A stretch of 64,000 bases of DNA from an uncultured archaeon (GTDB taxonomy: Archaea > Thermoproteota > Bathyarchaeia > Bathyarchaeales > Bathycorpusculaceae), in the NCBI GenBank assembly GCA_963782915.1, contig CAWALK010000018.1, positions 64,001 through 128,000 on the forward strand, in the 5' to 3' direction. Made by a program: the position numbers and the translations under genes. Shown here one piece after another: positions 53,712-63,275 of the stretch. The notes beneath the pieces are model-generated. The model was not told where the DNA came from. It ran no database searches and saw only the letters and a list, made by a program, of their open reading frames with translations. How positions within the stretch are numbered: the stretch's first letter is position 1; each line of letters opens with the position of its first letter.

Positions 53712-54644
53712 TTAGGCTAGTGCTGATTGTATAGCGATAAAAAGAGCATAAACTAAAACCAGTACCAAACCGTCTCGTCTATCTAGTACGCCATCCCGTG
53801 AGAGAATATAGACAATTACCGCTGAAGCCACCATCAAAATCCCAGTGGAGAGCGGAGGCAACACTAAATCGGGTTTAATCGGCATAATAAGAGCAATCAC
53901 CCCAATAGTCAACAGGGAATCAGCCAGCACATTGCCCAATATGTTGCCTAAGCCTAGTCCGCAATGCATTTTGTTGCAGCTGCGTATGGCAAACGCCATT
54001 TCGGGCAGGCAAGTTCCAATGGCAACTATCAAGCCTACAACGAACAGGGGCAACCCAAGCGTTAAACTCAGTGCCTGCGAGTTCTCGGTGATTAAGCTGC
54101 CGCCTATGAATAGAAGCACCAAACTGGCAACAAGCACCGACGCTTCAAACGTAATCCGTTTTTTGGGTCGTTTACCCGTAAATGCGCCGCCTTCATGCTT
54201 GCTTCTAAGCAACAGAAATATGTAAACCAAAAAAGCCACAATCAACACTACGCCATCTACCCGAGAGATTTCGCCGTCCAAAAAAAGCAGCACAGGCAAA
54301 ACCACCGCTAAAAAAGACAACCGAACATTCTTCAAAATAGAAGCATCCAACGTAACTTTTCCAGCAAACAAAGTCACCACGCCAATAACCAACGTTAAAT
54401 CAGCAACGTTAGCGCCCAAAATGACGCCGAATCCCAATGCTGATGTGCCCTGTGCAGCCGCCAAAACCCCAATGGATAATTCAGGCAAAATAGCGATTAT
54501 ACCCGCCAACACAAAACTAACGACAAACTCCGATACATGCAGAAACCTTGCCAGATTTAGCAGCCGTTTTATGGCTTCATCTGCACTAACGATAACCAGA
54601 GCTAAACCTACGATTAAAAGAGCCACAGAAAGAAAAATATCCAC
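53712..54644 (-). CDS. CaCA (YrbG-like) Na+/Ca2+ antiporter
   Basis: Two alpha repeats: ILPEL...GANV and GTCLPE...GNILGN. Confidence 0.85.
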   Translation of the reverse strand: MDIFLSVALLIVGLALVIVSADEAIKRLLNLARFLHVSEFVVSFVLAGIIAILPELSIGVLAAAQGTSALGFGVILGANVADLTLVIGVVTLFAGKVTLDASILKNVRLSFLAVVLPVLLFLDGEISRVDGVVLIVAFLVYIFLLLRSKHEGGAFTGKRPKKRITFEASVLVASLVLLFIGGSLITENSQALSLTLGLPLFVVGLIVAIGTCLPEMAFAIRSCNKMHCGLGLGNILGNVLADSLLTIGVIALIMPIKPDLVLPPLSTGILMVASAVIVYILSRDGVLDRRDGLVLVLVYALFIAIQSALA

Positions 54645-54687
54645 ATATCAAACTAACAAATTCTTAAACTTTAACCTTCTTGCGCTC

Positions 54688-56995
54688 TTAGAGGAGGCTT
54701 TTCTGCTGCTGCCCCTTCACCGCATCATACACCTTCTCGGTGGTGTAGCCAGCGAAGCTCAGCAGATTAGCAGTGGATGAGTAGAGGAGCATGAGGTATT
54801 TTTTTGTGTCGGGGTTTACGCCTTTCTCGATTAGTTGTGCCGCTTTGACTCTGTGGCTGAAGCGTTTGTGGTCAGCGTCGGTGAAGAGGAACTTTACGCT
54901 GCTGCCCGCAGGCATATCTAAGCCATGTTTACCTAATTGCTCTGCGGCGATGACTTGGCTAACCTGCTGCCGATAATGTTTGGGTTGCTTGGACATGTGT
55001 TTGGTAACTATCAAATCAGACAAAGGCACTTCACCATCCAGCAAACGTTGCCGATAGGAGCGGAGCACTTTTAGGGCTTCGGGAATTTGCTTGTAGAGTT
55101 CAGGGGTGTTGTCTGCTTTGGCGAGGGTGTTTATCATTTCTGTTTGGGCGTCAAAAATGTAGTGGGGGGTGTCTCTGCGTCGGACTTCTAAGCCGCGGAC
55201 CTTAATTTTGCCGCTGTCCATAACGCCCAAATACCGATTCAACACGCTCACGTGCGGATGCAATCGTGAGGGCAGGAAAGCTATCCATTTGTAGTAGCCT
55301 TCAAAATTTATGGGCACCCCAATCTCGCGGGTAATCAAATCGCAGAGTCGCCCGTAATCCTCCTTGGATGCACCCTGCTTTTTGAGCCACAGCGAATCCA
55401 CGATGCCATGCACCACTTCGAAGCCTTCGTCTTCAGCCAGATGCGCCGCTTTAAGAAAAGTCTCGCGTGCAAAAGCGCAGACGCCAATGTGACCGTCGAC
55501 AGTGCCGAATTTGGAGTTGCTAAAACCCAAATAGCCAAAACACGTGACCAGAATCCACTTCAACGCTGTTTGGCGCTTATCATAAATTTGCTTTTGATGC
55601 TTGTCGGTGGCTTCGTCTCTTAGGCGCTTGTAGGTTAAGCGTTTGGTTAGGGCTAAATCGACGGTTTTGGGGACCATGCCGATGCGTTTGTTGCAGATGT
55701 GATAGTTTAAGTCTGGAATGCGGTTTGGCGAGTCGGGGCAGCATTTGCACAGTACCGTTTCAACGGAGATGTTGTATTTGCGCATGAGCGAGGGGTACAT
55801 GGAGGAGAAGTCGAGTTCGCCTATGCCGTCGTGGACGCCTAAGCGGGGTTCAAAGATGAAGCCGCCGCGGTCGCCGACGAGCAGGTCCAAGGCGGATTTG
55901 AAGGTTTCAGGAATTTTTTTGTTGCGCGGCAGCAGGATGTCGTCTTTTAGGGCTTGATAGAATTGGATGGAGGACATGCTCGAGCCAATAGAGAACCGTG
56001 CCGCTGTGTGGAGTGGGACTCGGCATGTGCGGGCTATTTCTATGAAGCCATCCAACCCTGACTCTTTTATGATAAACGTGTTGTTTTCGTCAACGTGTAT
56101 CCTGCCGTACAGCCGCACTGTGCTGGCTCGATAGAAGGTGTGTCCATATGAAAAGTAGGTTTTACCCGTGACTGCTAATTTGCGGCTAAACGGTTTGGGG
56201 TCGCGGCTTAGGATGAATTCGTCTGCGACTTCGTTTAGGGTGGCGCGTTGGATTAGGTAGGGGAAAAGATAGGAGTCGCCTGCGCTGGTGACGATTATGT
56301 CGGGGTCCAACTCTTTTACGGCATAAACCAACTGTAATAGTTTGGTGGCTTCATCCCCATAATCAATAACGATTTCGGGTTGGTCATCTTGTTTGAGGCG
56401 GATTTTCGCTGATTGGGTCCTCGAAGCTGGGAATAAAATCCTTCTTAGCCACATCCACATCTAAACGCAGCACCCGCAACTGGGGCACCACATAATCGGT
56501 ACTCGCCACCGTATCCATCAGTTTATAGTTTAAGCCAGCTTTGCCAACCGACACTTCCACATACGCCAACGGAAACAGGTCACGGCTAAAAAAGTAGGAA
56601 CGATCACTCTGCACATCACAGTTATGTATTTCATAACGCAGATAATCCCCCATACGCAGAATCTCCTGCGTTAACGGGTGGATTTGGCGGCAATCTTTCA
56701 CGGTTAACTCCAGAACCCTCGATTTCTCGCTGTCAATGGGCTGCGCATACTTTTGGGTGAACCGTGCGGACTCAATCTTTGGGTTATTGCAGAGGCTGCT
56801 AAGTAAACGTTCCAAGTCATCTTGGTTAGCGGAGGAAACGTAGATGCAGGGCTGAAACTTATCCGTAAACCGTATGCGTTCGCCCGATTGGGAGATTACC
56901 CAAACCGCAACTTTACCGAGTTCAGTTGGGTAAACATCCAGTATCCAACCTTTAATGCTGCTCGGCGGCTGCTGGCTGCTGGGCTTTAAGGTCGT
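54688..56995 (-). CDS. polB2: Family B DNA polymerase, PolB2 group; frameshifted near 56420
   Basis: GWILDVYP N-terminus, DRGG, ELDFSSMYP, KWILVTCFGY, HGIVDS (PolB2 form of YGDTDS), KVRG.E.RRRD; no canonical start upstream of 56815. Confidence 0.85.
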
Positions 56996-57242
56996 CTACT
57001 TCCTTGCGTAGTTTCTGCAGGCTGATTTGCTGGGAAACCACAATCGACATCATCATAGGCTCGAAAAGGATGGGTTTGGTAGCGTTACTTCCTGCTGAGG
57101 CATAGCTTCTGCATGCATCCATTATGGCGTCGAAGGCTTCACGGTCCTCTTTACGCAGGGCTTTGGCGAATCCGTTCCAGCGGCGAATCTCGTCCTCGAT
57201 TGCCATGCGGTAGGATTCAACTGTTTTACCCAGAACTAACAC
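56952..57242 (-). CDS. Small PolB2-associated protein (arCOG07300-like)
   Basis: GKTVESYR..IE.EI.RW.GF.KALR.EDRE.FD; lies between the RadA-like gene and polB2. Confidence 0.75.
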   Translation of the reverse strand: MLVLGKTVESYRMAIEDEIRRWNGFAKALRKEDREAFDAIMDACRSYASAGSNATKPILFEPMMMSIVVSQQISLQKLRKEVDDLKAQQPAAAEQH

Positions 57243-57962
57243 CCATGAAATCGGTTAAGGGGCGGTTTTCGGAGGGTAATTCAGTGACGCGCAGCATGTA
57301 GGATGGATGCTTCTCCAATGCGACTTCGCGGGTATATTTTGTTTTTGTGAAGCGTAACACGGTGCTGGCTTTTGTCTGCGTCATTTCTTGCAGGGTGAGG
57401 TTGCGTTTGCTGTTTTCATAGGGCATGTAGGTGGCTATGAGGACGATTTGGTGTTTGCGTGCGAAGTTTGAGAGGTAAGTGACGATTTGGCTGTAGATTC
57501 GCTGGGCTTCGTCTGCTTGGACGTTGTTGTCTAGGAAGAATCCGGCTATGTCTGAGATGACGGCGACTTTTGCATTGTAGGTTTTCACGGTTTCTTCGAG
57601 TTTTTCCATGATGAGTGAGGTGAGTTGGTAGGCGGTAAACGCTCTTGAAATATAGATGTTGCCGAGCACCTTATTTGGGTCCAACTGATGAAGCTGCGCC
57701 AACCTGGCGATATTGTAGAGCCGTAAACGTGTTTCCGCCGTCGATGAAGACAACACGTGCTTCCTAAACCGCCCAGCTGCGGCGGCAGTTGCGCACGTAC
57801 ACACAGCAGCGAAGTTAGCGAGATAACTGATGAGGAACCATACAGGATAGCGAAGTCTCCGGGCATAAAGCCTGGAAAGAGCTCATCGACGCCGGGCATG
57901 TTTAACGAAAAATATGGTTTAGTCGCCTGAGCCATTGATGGTTTAACAATTAGGTTTTGCAT
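57226..57962 (-). CDS. Inactivated RadA/RecA-fold protein of the PolB2 cassette; frameshifted near 57760 and 57725
   Basis: RAQLP.Q.GG, L.NIYISRAFTAYQL, VISDI; degenerate Walker A (LYGSSSVISL). Confidence 0.75.
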
Positions 57963-58100
57963 GTTTCTGTTCTCCCTTTCTATGCGAAGGAAACGGTTAC
58001 GCAGGTTTTGCCTATTTAAAGCATCGACGAAGCGACGCTCCCATGGAGGGGAGAGGACAGTGAAAGTTAAAACGCATTTACTATTTTTTAAGAATACAAG

Positions 58101-58355
58101 TTACTCATAGACATGCTTGCGGTGCCCAACAAGTAACAAATGAACTTCGATACCCTTAATCAAATACAGGACACGGTACGTGCCTACCCTTAGTGAGTAA
58201 ACGCCTTTCCAGTCTCCTCTCAGTGGCTTCCCTATGAAGTGATCATTTTTCAAGACACCGATTTCATTTAGAATTTTGATTTACCAATCTCTTTCTATAC
58301 GTTTCGATCCCTTGGAAAAAGTAGCGGTAAATCTAATTGCGTACGTCTTTTTCAA
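58101..58355 (-). pseudogene. relE: RelE/ParE toxin with an in-frame TAA at 58283-58281
   Basis: Hand translation from TTG 58355: MKKTYAIRFTATFSKGSKRIERDW*IKILNEI..LKND..IGKPLRGDWKGVYSLRVGTYRVLY...LVGHRKHVYE. Confidence 0.8.
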
Positions 58356-58539
58356 GGTTTAACTCTCGAATAAGCTCATCTAACGGGCGTGACTTTTCGT
58401 CTTCGGCTTCCTGCAACGCTTTTTTTAGGTCTTTAGCGATTTTTTTGTTTTTTGAAACCTCGATTGTTTCCAGTAGTTCCTCCATCAAGTTAGCGGCTCG
58501 GGTCAAAAGTTCTTTCTCTTCGGTAGTTAGCATAGTCAA
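58333..58539 (-). CDS. Type II antitoxin (RelB-like)
   Basis: Acidic 68 aa (EELLETIEV...L.KAL.EA...SRPLDELIREL) overlapping the toxin start. Confidence 0.75.
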   Translation of the reverse strand: MTMLTTEEKELLTRAANLMEELLETIEVSKNKKIAKDLKKALQEAEDEKSRPLDELIRELNLEKDVRN

Positions 58540-58594
58540 GGTGGGTTCACCTAAGCGAATATTGGATGTGAGTATTTCTTAACTTTTACTATAA

Positions 58595-59911
58595 CAGTAG
58601 ATCAAAAATTGGAAGCCAAGTTTTTAAAACCGCCCCAAAATGGCTTCTTCAAATAACCATAGCGGGTTATTTCGACCTAAACTTTTCCCCTTAAAAACCC
58701 AAAACAACAACCAACTCATAAACCCCCCAAACCAACCTAACATCCCAAAAAAAATTGCCAGACAGCAAAATTAAAACTAACCAACTGCACTCAAACAAAC
58801 CTAAAACCAAAACACTATCTCTTTAACCCCCAGACTCCAAATCAGGCAACAAAGACAAAACCAAACACAACCTAACAGCATGCTTAAAACTATACGTTGG
58901 AACATGCCGTCTACGCCTAAAATTCCACACAACCCACAAATTATACAGACCAACCGCCAAAAAGAAGTACAGAAGCCTCAAACGATATAACCTCGAGGTT
59001 GTCTTAGCCAAAAACAACCCAATCATACGATAAGACGTCTCAATCCCCCACCTACGCCTAAACGTCTTTCTTACCCAACGGCGCCTAAACGAAGTATTGG
59101 TGGCAAATATCAGCAGTTTACCCTTCTGCCGAACCGTTACCAGCCGAAAAGTCACCTGCTCACTTTTCCTCTTCTTACATGTCGTAGTCGTATGCAGACG
59201 ATCAACACCAGCCTCAAGAGGCTTGCCATGCCAGGGAATATGAATAATATACTTCACTCCGCAGTTGTCTAAGTGCCTAATTAGGTCGATTGAATAGTAT
59301 CCTCTGTCAAAGAGCAGTAGCTTAATTTTGAGACCTAACTCGGCAATGGAGTTTAATAGATGCCTGACATGCCAAAGTGCCGACCTGTCTAGCATCGGCG
59401 CAACCGCTAACGTCATCCTCTGTCCGTTGAACAGAACGCTGGCTGTTGCAAATCTGTAGGCGTGGCATGAACCGTTCTTTGGCATGGCGCCAACTATACC
59501 CTCCGCAGCTGGGTTGCCGTAGTACATTATGTCATGCCAATCGATGGCTAAAATAAGCGGTTTAGATAAGGCGCCTTTGTTTTTCATTTCTTTGATTGTT
59601 TGCTGGTTGATTTGGAGTAGGTGCTGGGGGTTTAGTTGTTTTAGGTGGTTGCGTACTGTTTGGCCGCAGATGTGGAGGTTCTGTGCGCATCCTTCAACAT
59701 AGCCCTTGTCGAGGGCTGCTAGAAGCAGCACTCGTGTGGTATCCTGGGTTTTTCTGGCGCATTTTGGTTGTATGAAGGTACCGATTTTTTCTTTAAAATA
59801 TAAGTAAGCCTTCAGCTTATCGTATCGTCTAGGGATTGAGCTGTAGCTAGTCATTTCCTATTTACCAAAACTAGTTACAGCTCTATTCCCCTAAGAATTT
59901 TTGATCTACTG
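58595..59911 (-). mobile_element. Complete 1317-bp IS of the ISH3 family (IS4-like DDE)
   Basis: Perfect 16-bp TIRs CAGTAGATCAAAAATT (58595-58610; 59896-59911) with 4-bp TSD ATAA (58591-58594; 59912-59915). Confidence 0.95.
58823..59854 (-). CDS. ISH3-family DDE transposase, intact
   Basis: LAIDWH..YYG, LLFDRGYYS, RRWGIETSYR. Confidence 0.9.
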   Translation of the reverse strand: MTSYSSIPRRYDKLKAYLYFKEKIGTFIQPKCARKTQDTTRVLLLAALDKGYVEGCAQNLHICGQTVRNHLKQLNPQHLLQINQQTIKEMKNKGALSKPLILAIDWHDIMYYGNPAAEGIVGAMPKNGSCHAYRFATASVLFNGQRMTLAVAPMLDRSALWHVRHLLNSIAELGLKIKLLLFDRGYYSIDLIRHLDNCGVKYIIHIPWHGKPLEAGVDRLHTTTTCKKRKSEQVTFRLVTVRQKGKLLIFATNTSFRRRWVRKTFRRRWGIETSYRMIGLFLAKTTSRLYRLRLLYFFLAVGLYNLWVVWNFRRRRHVPTYSFKHAVRLCLVLSLLPDLESGG

Positions 59912-60179
59912 ATAAATAAGGGAGGGGTAGGTCGGCAAAGCAGTAACAGTTCGCCTAAAAGCCGTTATTTATAGGGGATAGGGGATCTTCGGAGAGCAAC
60001 AAAACCTTCAGCATCTAAAACGGGCAGTCTTTAAAAACAGACGACTAATAATCCAGCTTATTTCCTAACAAGCCCGCATTAGCCGTATCGGCTATTCAAC
60101 GATCGCTGAAAATTTTCTCACCGAAGCCAACAATTGTTGCGCCTATAAATAAGGGGGATAGAGAAAAAAACGCACACAC
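59912..60179 (+). repeat. Dispersed element, copy 4: box A1 (cut by the IS), box A2 59965-60002, 134-bp interior, box B 60137-60179
   Basis: (CT)ATAAATAAGGGAGGGGTAGGTCGGCAAAGCAGTAA; TATTTATAGGGGATAGGGGATCTTCGGAGAGCAACAA; TTGCGCCTATAAATAAGGGGGATAGAGAAAAAAACGCACAC. Confidence 0.85.
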
Positions 60180-60363
60180 CCCCAAAAATAACGATAACAG
60201 AAAAAAACTAAAACACAGAAGCTTAAGCCGGGTTGTCCTTTTTGGGGTTTGTGGGGTCTGGAGATAGTTTGAGGGGGAGAAGGGAGAGCGTGCTAAAATA
60301 AATTGGTCTCCAAACCTTTCCACCCAACCCAGCTTTGCTTTTCTTGTGTGTCCTCCGAGTTTC

Positions 60364-61551
60364 CTACAGTGCCTTGAACGCGTCGAACCAGCGGTTATAG
60401 CTAGTCAGCATATCCAGCGACACTGACGGTTTACGCTCTTCAAGTATCTGGCGGAAGTCAGCCATGTTGAGTGCGCGTGGTTTTGCTTCTTTATTGAGTG
60501 CTTGTCCTGTTTCGAAGAATTCGCCGATGAGCTTAAGCTGTGCTGATTGGCAAACATCGCGAATGTCGCTTCCACTGAAGCCCTCAGATAACCGTGCCAA
60601 CTCATGCAAATCAACATCCACTCCGACAGTTAATGTTCCGGTGTAGTGCTTTAGCATGTTTAGGCGTGTTGCGTGGTCTGCCAATGGAACCAAGATACGT
60701 TTCTGGAACCGTCTGATGAATGCCCAGTCGAGATCCCAGGGTTTGTTGGTTGCGCCGATGACGTAAACGTGAAGTGCTTTGCCCTTATCCATGATGCCAT
60801 CCATTTCTTTGAGGAACTGGTTTCGCACACGGATTTCGCCGCCGACCTCGTTGGTATGTGCACCCATCAAGGAGTCTAATTCGTCGACGAATACGATAGC
60901 GGGTTTGCCTTCGTTAGCGGATTTTCGTGCGGAATTGAATAGTTTAGCAACGTTTTGTTCTGCTTCACCGAGCCACTTCGACATAATTGAGGCTGCATCA
61001 ATCGAGTAGAAGTTCGCTTCGATTTCAGTTGCAACCGCCGCCGCCAACAAGGTTTTTCCGCAGCCAGGAGGACCAAACAGCAGAATGCCACGTGGCCAAC
61101 CAAGCGGGAACAGGTCGGGGCGTTGTACTGGGTAAACGATGGCTTCTTTGACTGCTTTTTTGGCGACGTCTAAGCCGACTACTTCGTCCCAGTTAACTTT
61201 AGGTTTCTCTGTAATTACGAGTTCTTCAGTGTTGGATTTTGCGTTTGGATTCGGGGTTCCATCCATAGTTGCTGATCCTCCGCCTTCACTGTCATCGTTG
61301 GCTGCTTCATTCATTTCAGCCGATGAGACTGTTCCCTGGAGGGCTTTAATTCGTTCTTGATAGGCGATTGCTCGCTGAACGTAAACTTTGTTTAATCCGT
61401 ATTCGGGGTAAAGTTGAACCAGCTGCAGTAGGCTTTCAATTGCTTTCTGGTAGAGTGTTATAGCTCTGCCTTTTTGCCCCTGCTTATCCAGTCGTACAGC
61501 ATCCAACGCATAGGCTGTTGCCGCTTTTTCTAACTCATTTGATGCACTCAT
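60364..61551 (-). CDS. cdvC: Vps4-like AAA+ ATPase with MIT domain
   Basis: MIT (A..YA..AV..D..G....A..LY..AIE.L), GPPGCGKT, SKWLGE, FVDE, ATNKPW.LD.A..RRF. Confidence 0.95.
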   Translation of the reverse strand: MSASNELEKAATAYALDAVRLDKQGQKGRAITLYQKAIESLLQLVQLYPEYGLNKVYVQRAIAYQERIKALQGTVSSAEMNEAANDDSEGGGSATMDGTPNPNAKSNTEELVITEKPKVNWDEVVGLDVAKKAVKEAIVYPVQRPDLFPLGWPRGILLFGPPGCGKTLLAAAVATEIEANFYSIDAASIMSKWLGEAEQNVAKLFNSARKSANEGKPAIVFVDELDSLMGAHTNEVGGEIRVRNQFLKEMDGIMDKGKALHVYVIGATNKPWDLDWAFIRRFQKRILVPLADHATRLNMLKHYTGTLTVGVDVDLHELARLSEGFSGSDIRDVCQSAQLKLIGEFFETGQALNKEAKPRALNMADFRQILEERKPSVSLDMLTSYNRWFDAFKAL

Positions 61552-61582
61552 GTCGGTTTTTTCTCTCCTCTTCTCTTCTCGC

Positions 61583-62497
61583 TTATTCAGGCGAACGTAA
61601 CTCTATCTTGATTTTGCCCTGAGTTCCCAAATTCTCCAAGGCACGCTCTATTGCTTCGTTAGAAGTTTTAAGCTCACTGGAGCATCGAGTTAAATCGATT
61701 TCTCCATTAGTTTTACGCACATACTCCAGAAGAACCTCTTCCAGATTCGGCGCTGGCTTCTCAACTTTAACCGAGAACTCTTTAATCTCTGATTTCTTGT
61801 AGGAAAACAGGGTCTTTTCAGGATCAAACCCTGACTCCTCAATACTCTTGGAACCAAACACCTGCGAAGAACTCGCTGTCAATGCAACAAGCTCACGGAT
61901 TGGTGTTGCAGGGGCTTTAGCTTTCTCCTTCACCGGAGCAGCAACGGGCGGCTCAGGAAGGGTTTCGGATAATTTTTGCTCCATAAAGCAGGAGACCTCT
62001 TTGAGAACCTCGTCGCCGGCTTCAGTTTTTCTGCCGACTGGAACCAAATTCTCGTCTGAAGTAATTTTTGTCTGCTGGAGCGTATCTTGTATAGCTGAAT
62101 TAACATTACATAACTCAGTGCTCACGTCTGGTAGCACTTGGAATAGTTCCTGTGAAACGCCTTGAAGCAAACTCAACGCGGGTTTAAGGTCAGCGACTAT
62201 ATCGCCAAGTTCCTTTATGGTTTCAAGGCGCATAACAACTCTTTCAATGGCTAACTGCACATTGTAGAGAAATTTGATTAATTTACGGACTTCCGCAATC
62301 TCTGTGGCGCACATGGCTGCTTTTTCTTTGTTATTCTTTTTTAATGCGCCCATGCATGTTTCAAAAAGAATGCGGTCCCGCTCTTTTAAGCGATAACTAG
62401 CCTGTTCCAGCTTATTCTGCTGGACTTTTAGGGTACAAATAGATTTGGTAGCGACTTCACGAATAGGAGGAGGGGTTTGGTTTGTGAAACTTTTCAT
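61583..62497 (-). CDS. cdvB: ESCRT-III protein with C-terminal winged helix
   Basis: Snf7 core (A.EIAEVRK, LAIERV..RLETI.ELGD), LPEPP, wH tail LLEYVRKTNGEIDL. Confidence 0.85.
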   Translation of the reverse strand: MKSFTNQTPPPIREVATKSICTLKVQQNKLEQASYRLKERDRILFETCMGALKKNNKEKAAMCATEIAEVRKLIKFLYNVQLAIERVVMRLETIKELGDIVADLKPALSLLQGVSQELFQVLPDVSTELCNVNSAIQDTLQQTKITSDENLVPVGRKTEAGDEVLKEVSCFMEQKLSETLPEPPVAAPVKEKAKAPATPIRELVALTASSSQVFGSKSIEESGFDPEKTLFSYKKSEIKEFSVKVEKPAPNLEEVLLEYVRKTNGEIDLTRCSSELKTSNEAIERALENLGTQGKIKIELRSPE

Positions 62498-62540
62498 TTT
62501 TTGTCCCTCCGCAATCCTACCGTTTTAGTCTCTGGTCCTC

Positions 62541-63257
62541 TTAGATACCTGTTTTACCGATTTCTTTAACGTAGACAACTACGGGTGGTTCTGGAAGCTT
62601 GGTGGGGTTGTTGGTCACTGTTTCAGCGTAGATTTTGTTGGTTTTCGGAGCCATTTGTGATTGGTCGCCTAGTAGCACGCCTGAGAGTCTGCTTTTTGTG
62701 AGTTCAAAGTCTGTTTTCTCAGATGTTGCTCGGCGCAGAGTTTCTTGTAGTAATGCGAATGCTGCTTTGTAGTTTTCATCGTCGACTTTTCCTATTTCAT
62801 GCTCGATTTCTAAGTTAGCGATTGCGTAGCTTAGTGAGGTGATTTCTTCTTGGCAGCGTTCTATTTCTATGGCTGATTCGTCGATGATGACTTGTGCTTC
62901 TTTTTTGAGTTGGGTTAGGACGTTTTCGAAGCTGCTGTGGAGGTCTTGGTAGACGTCTGGGGTTATCTTTTTCTTGTCCACCAAGTCTTTGAGGGCTTCG
63001 TCTTTACGCCAAATGAGGGGTATGTGGTCGCAAAGTACGCCTGCTTGGGATTTAATTTTTGAGATAAATGTGATTTCAGCGCCATTAAATCGTAAGCTTT
63101 CCATGGGCTGTTTGGAGAATACGCCGTCGCCAAATTCTACGTATACTGCGTCGAATTTGCCGTTGGGTGATAATGCGAAAGAGGCAACTTTACCGATTAT
63201 TCGTCCGTATTCGTTCTTTATGGGTTTACCAATAGAAAGAAAGAGATTGGAGGACAT
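62541..63257 (-). CDS. cdvA: CdvA (PRC barrel, coiled coil, C-terminal ESCRT-III-binding strand)
   Basis: IGKPIKNEYGR.IG, ALKDL, IEHEIGKVD...Y, VVVYV tail; lies between ESCRT-III genes. Confidence 0.85.
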   Translation of the reverse strand: MSSNLFLSIGKPIKNEYGRIIGKVASFALSPNGKFDAVYVEFGDGVFSKQPMESLRFNGAEITFISKIKSQAGVLCDHIPLIWRKDEALKDLVDKKKITPDVYQDLHSSFENVLTQLKKEAQVIIDESAIEIERCQEEITSLSYAIANLEIEHEIGKVDDENYKAAFALLQETLRRATSEKTDFELTKSRLSGVLLGDQSQMAPKTNKIYAETVTNNPTKLPEPPVVVYVKEIGKTGI

Positions 63258-63275
63258 TTTTGTTTTCTCCTTATC

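Noticed and set aside
169-57962. More than 20 genes split by frameshifts, suggesting mass pseudogenisation or programmed frameshifting
   Set aside because: Lesions are isolated single-base indels in otherwise intact genes of unrelated function with no shared slippery motif; most simply unpolished long-read error. Needs read-level confirmation.
58062-58067. ACTTTC on the minus strand resembling the Sulfolobus ANTTTC damage-response element upstream of the PolB2 cassette
   Set aside because: Single degenerate hexamer about 45 bp from the TATA box; expected by chance.
22403-60179. Boxes A/B as a CRISPR array, ORB origin boxes, dif or attC sites, or a MITE of the resident IS
   Set aside because: Not tandem with 30-40-bp spacers and no cas genes; lacks the TCCA..GAAAC ORB core and an adjacent cdc6; no dif or attC palindrome; no similarity to the CAGTAGATC TIR.
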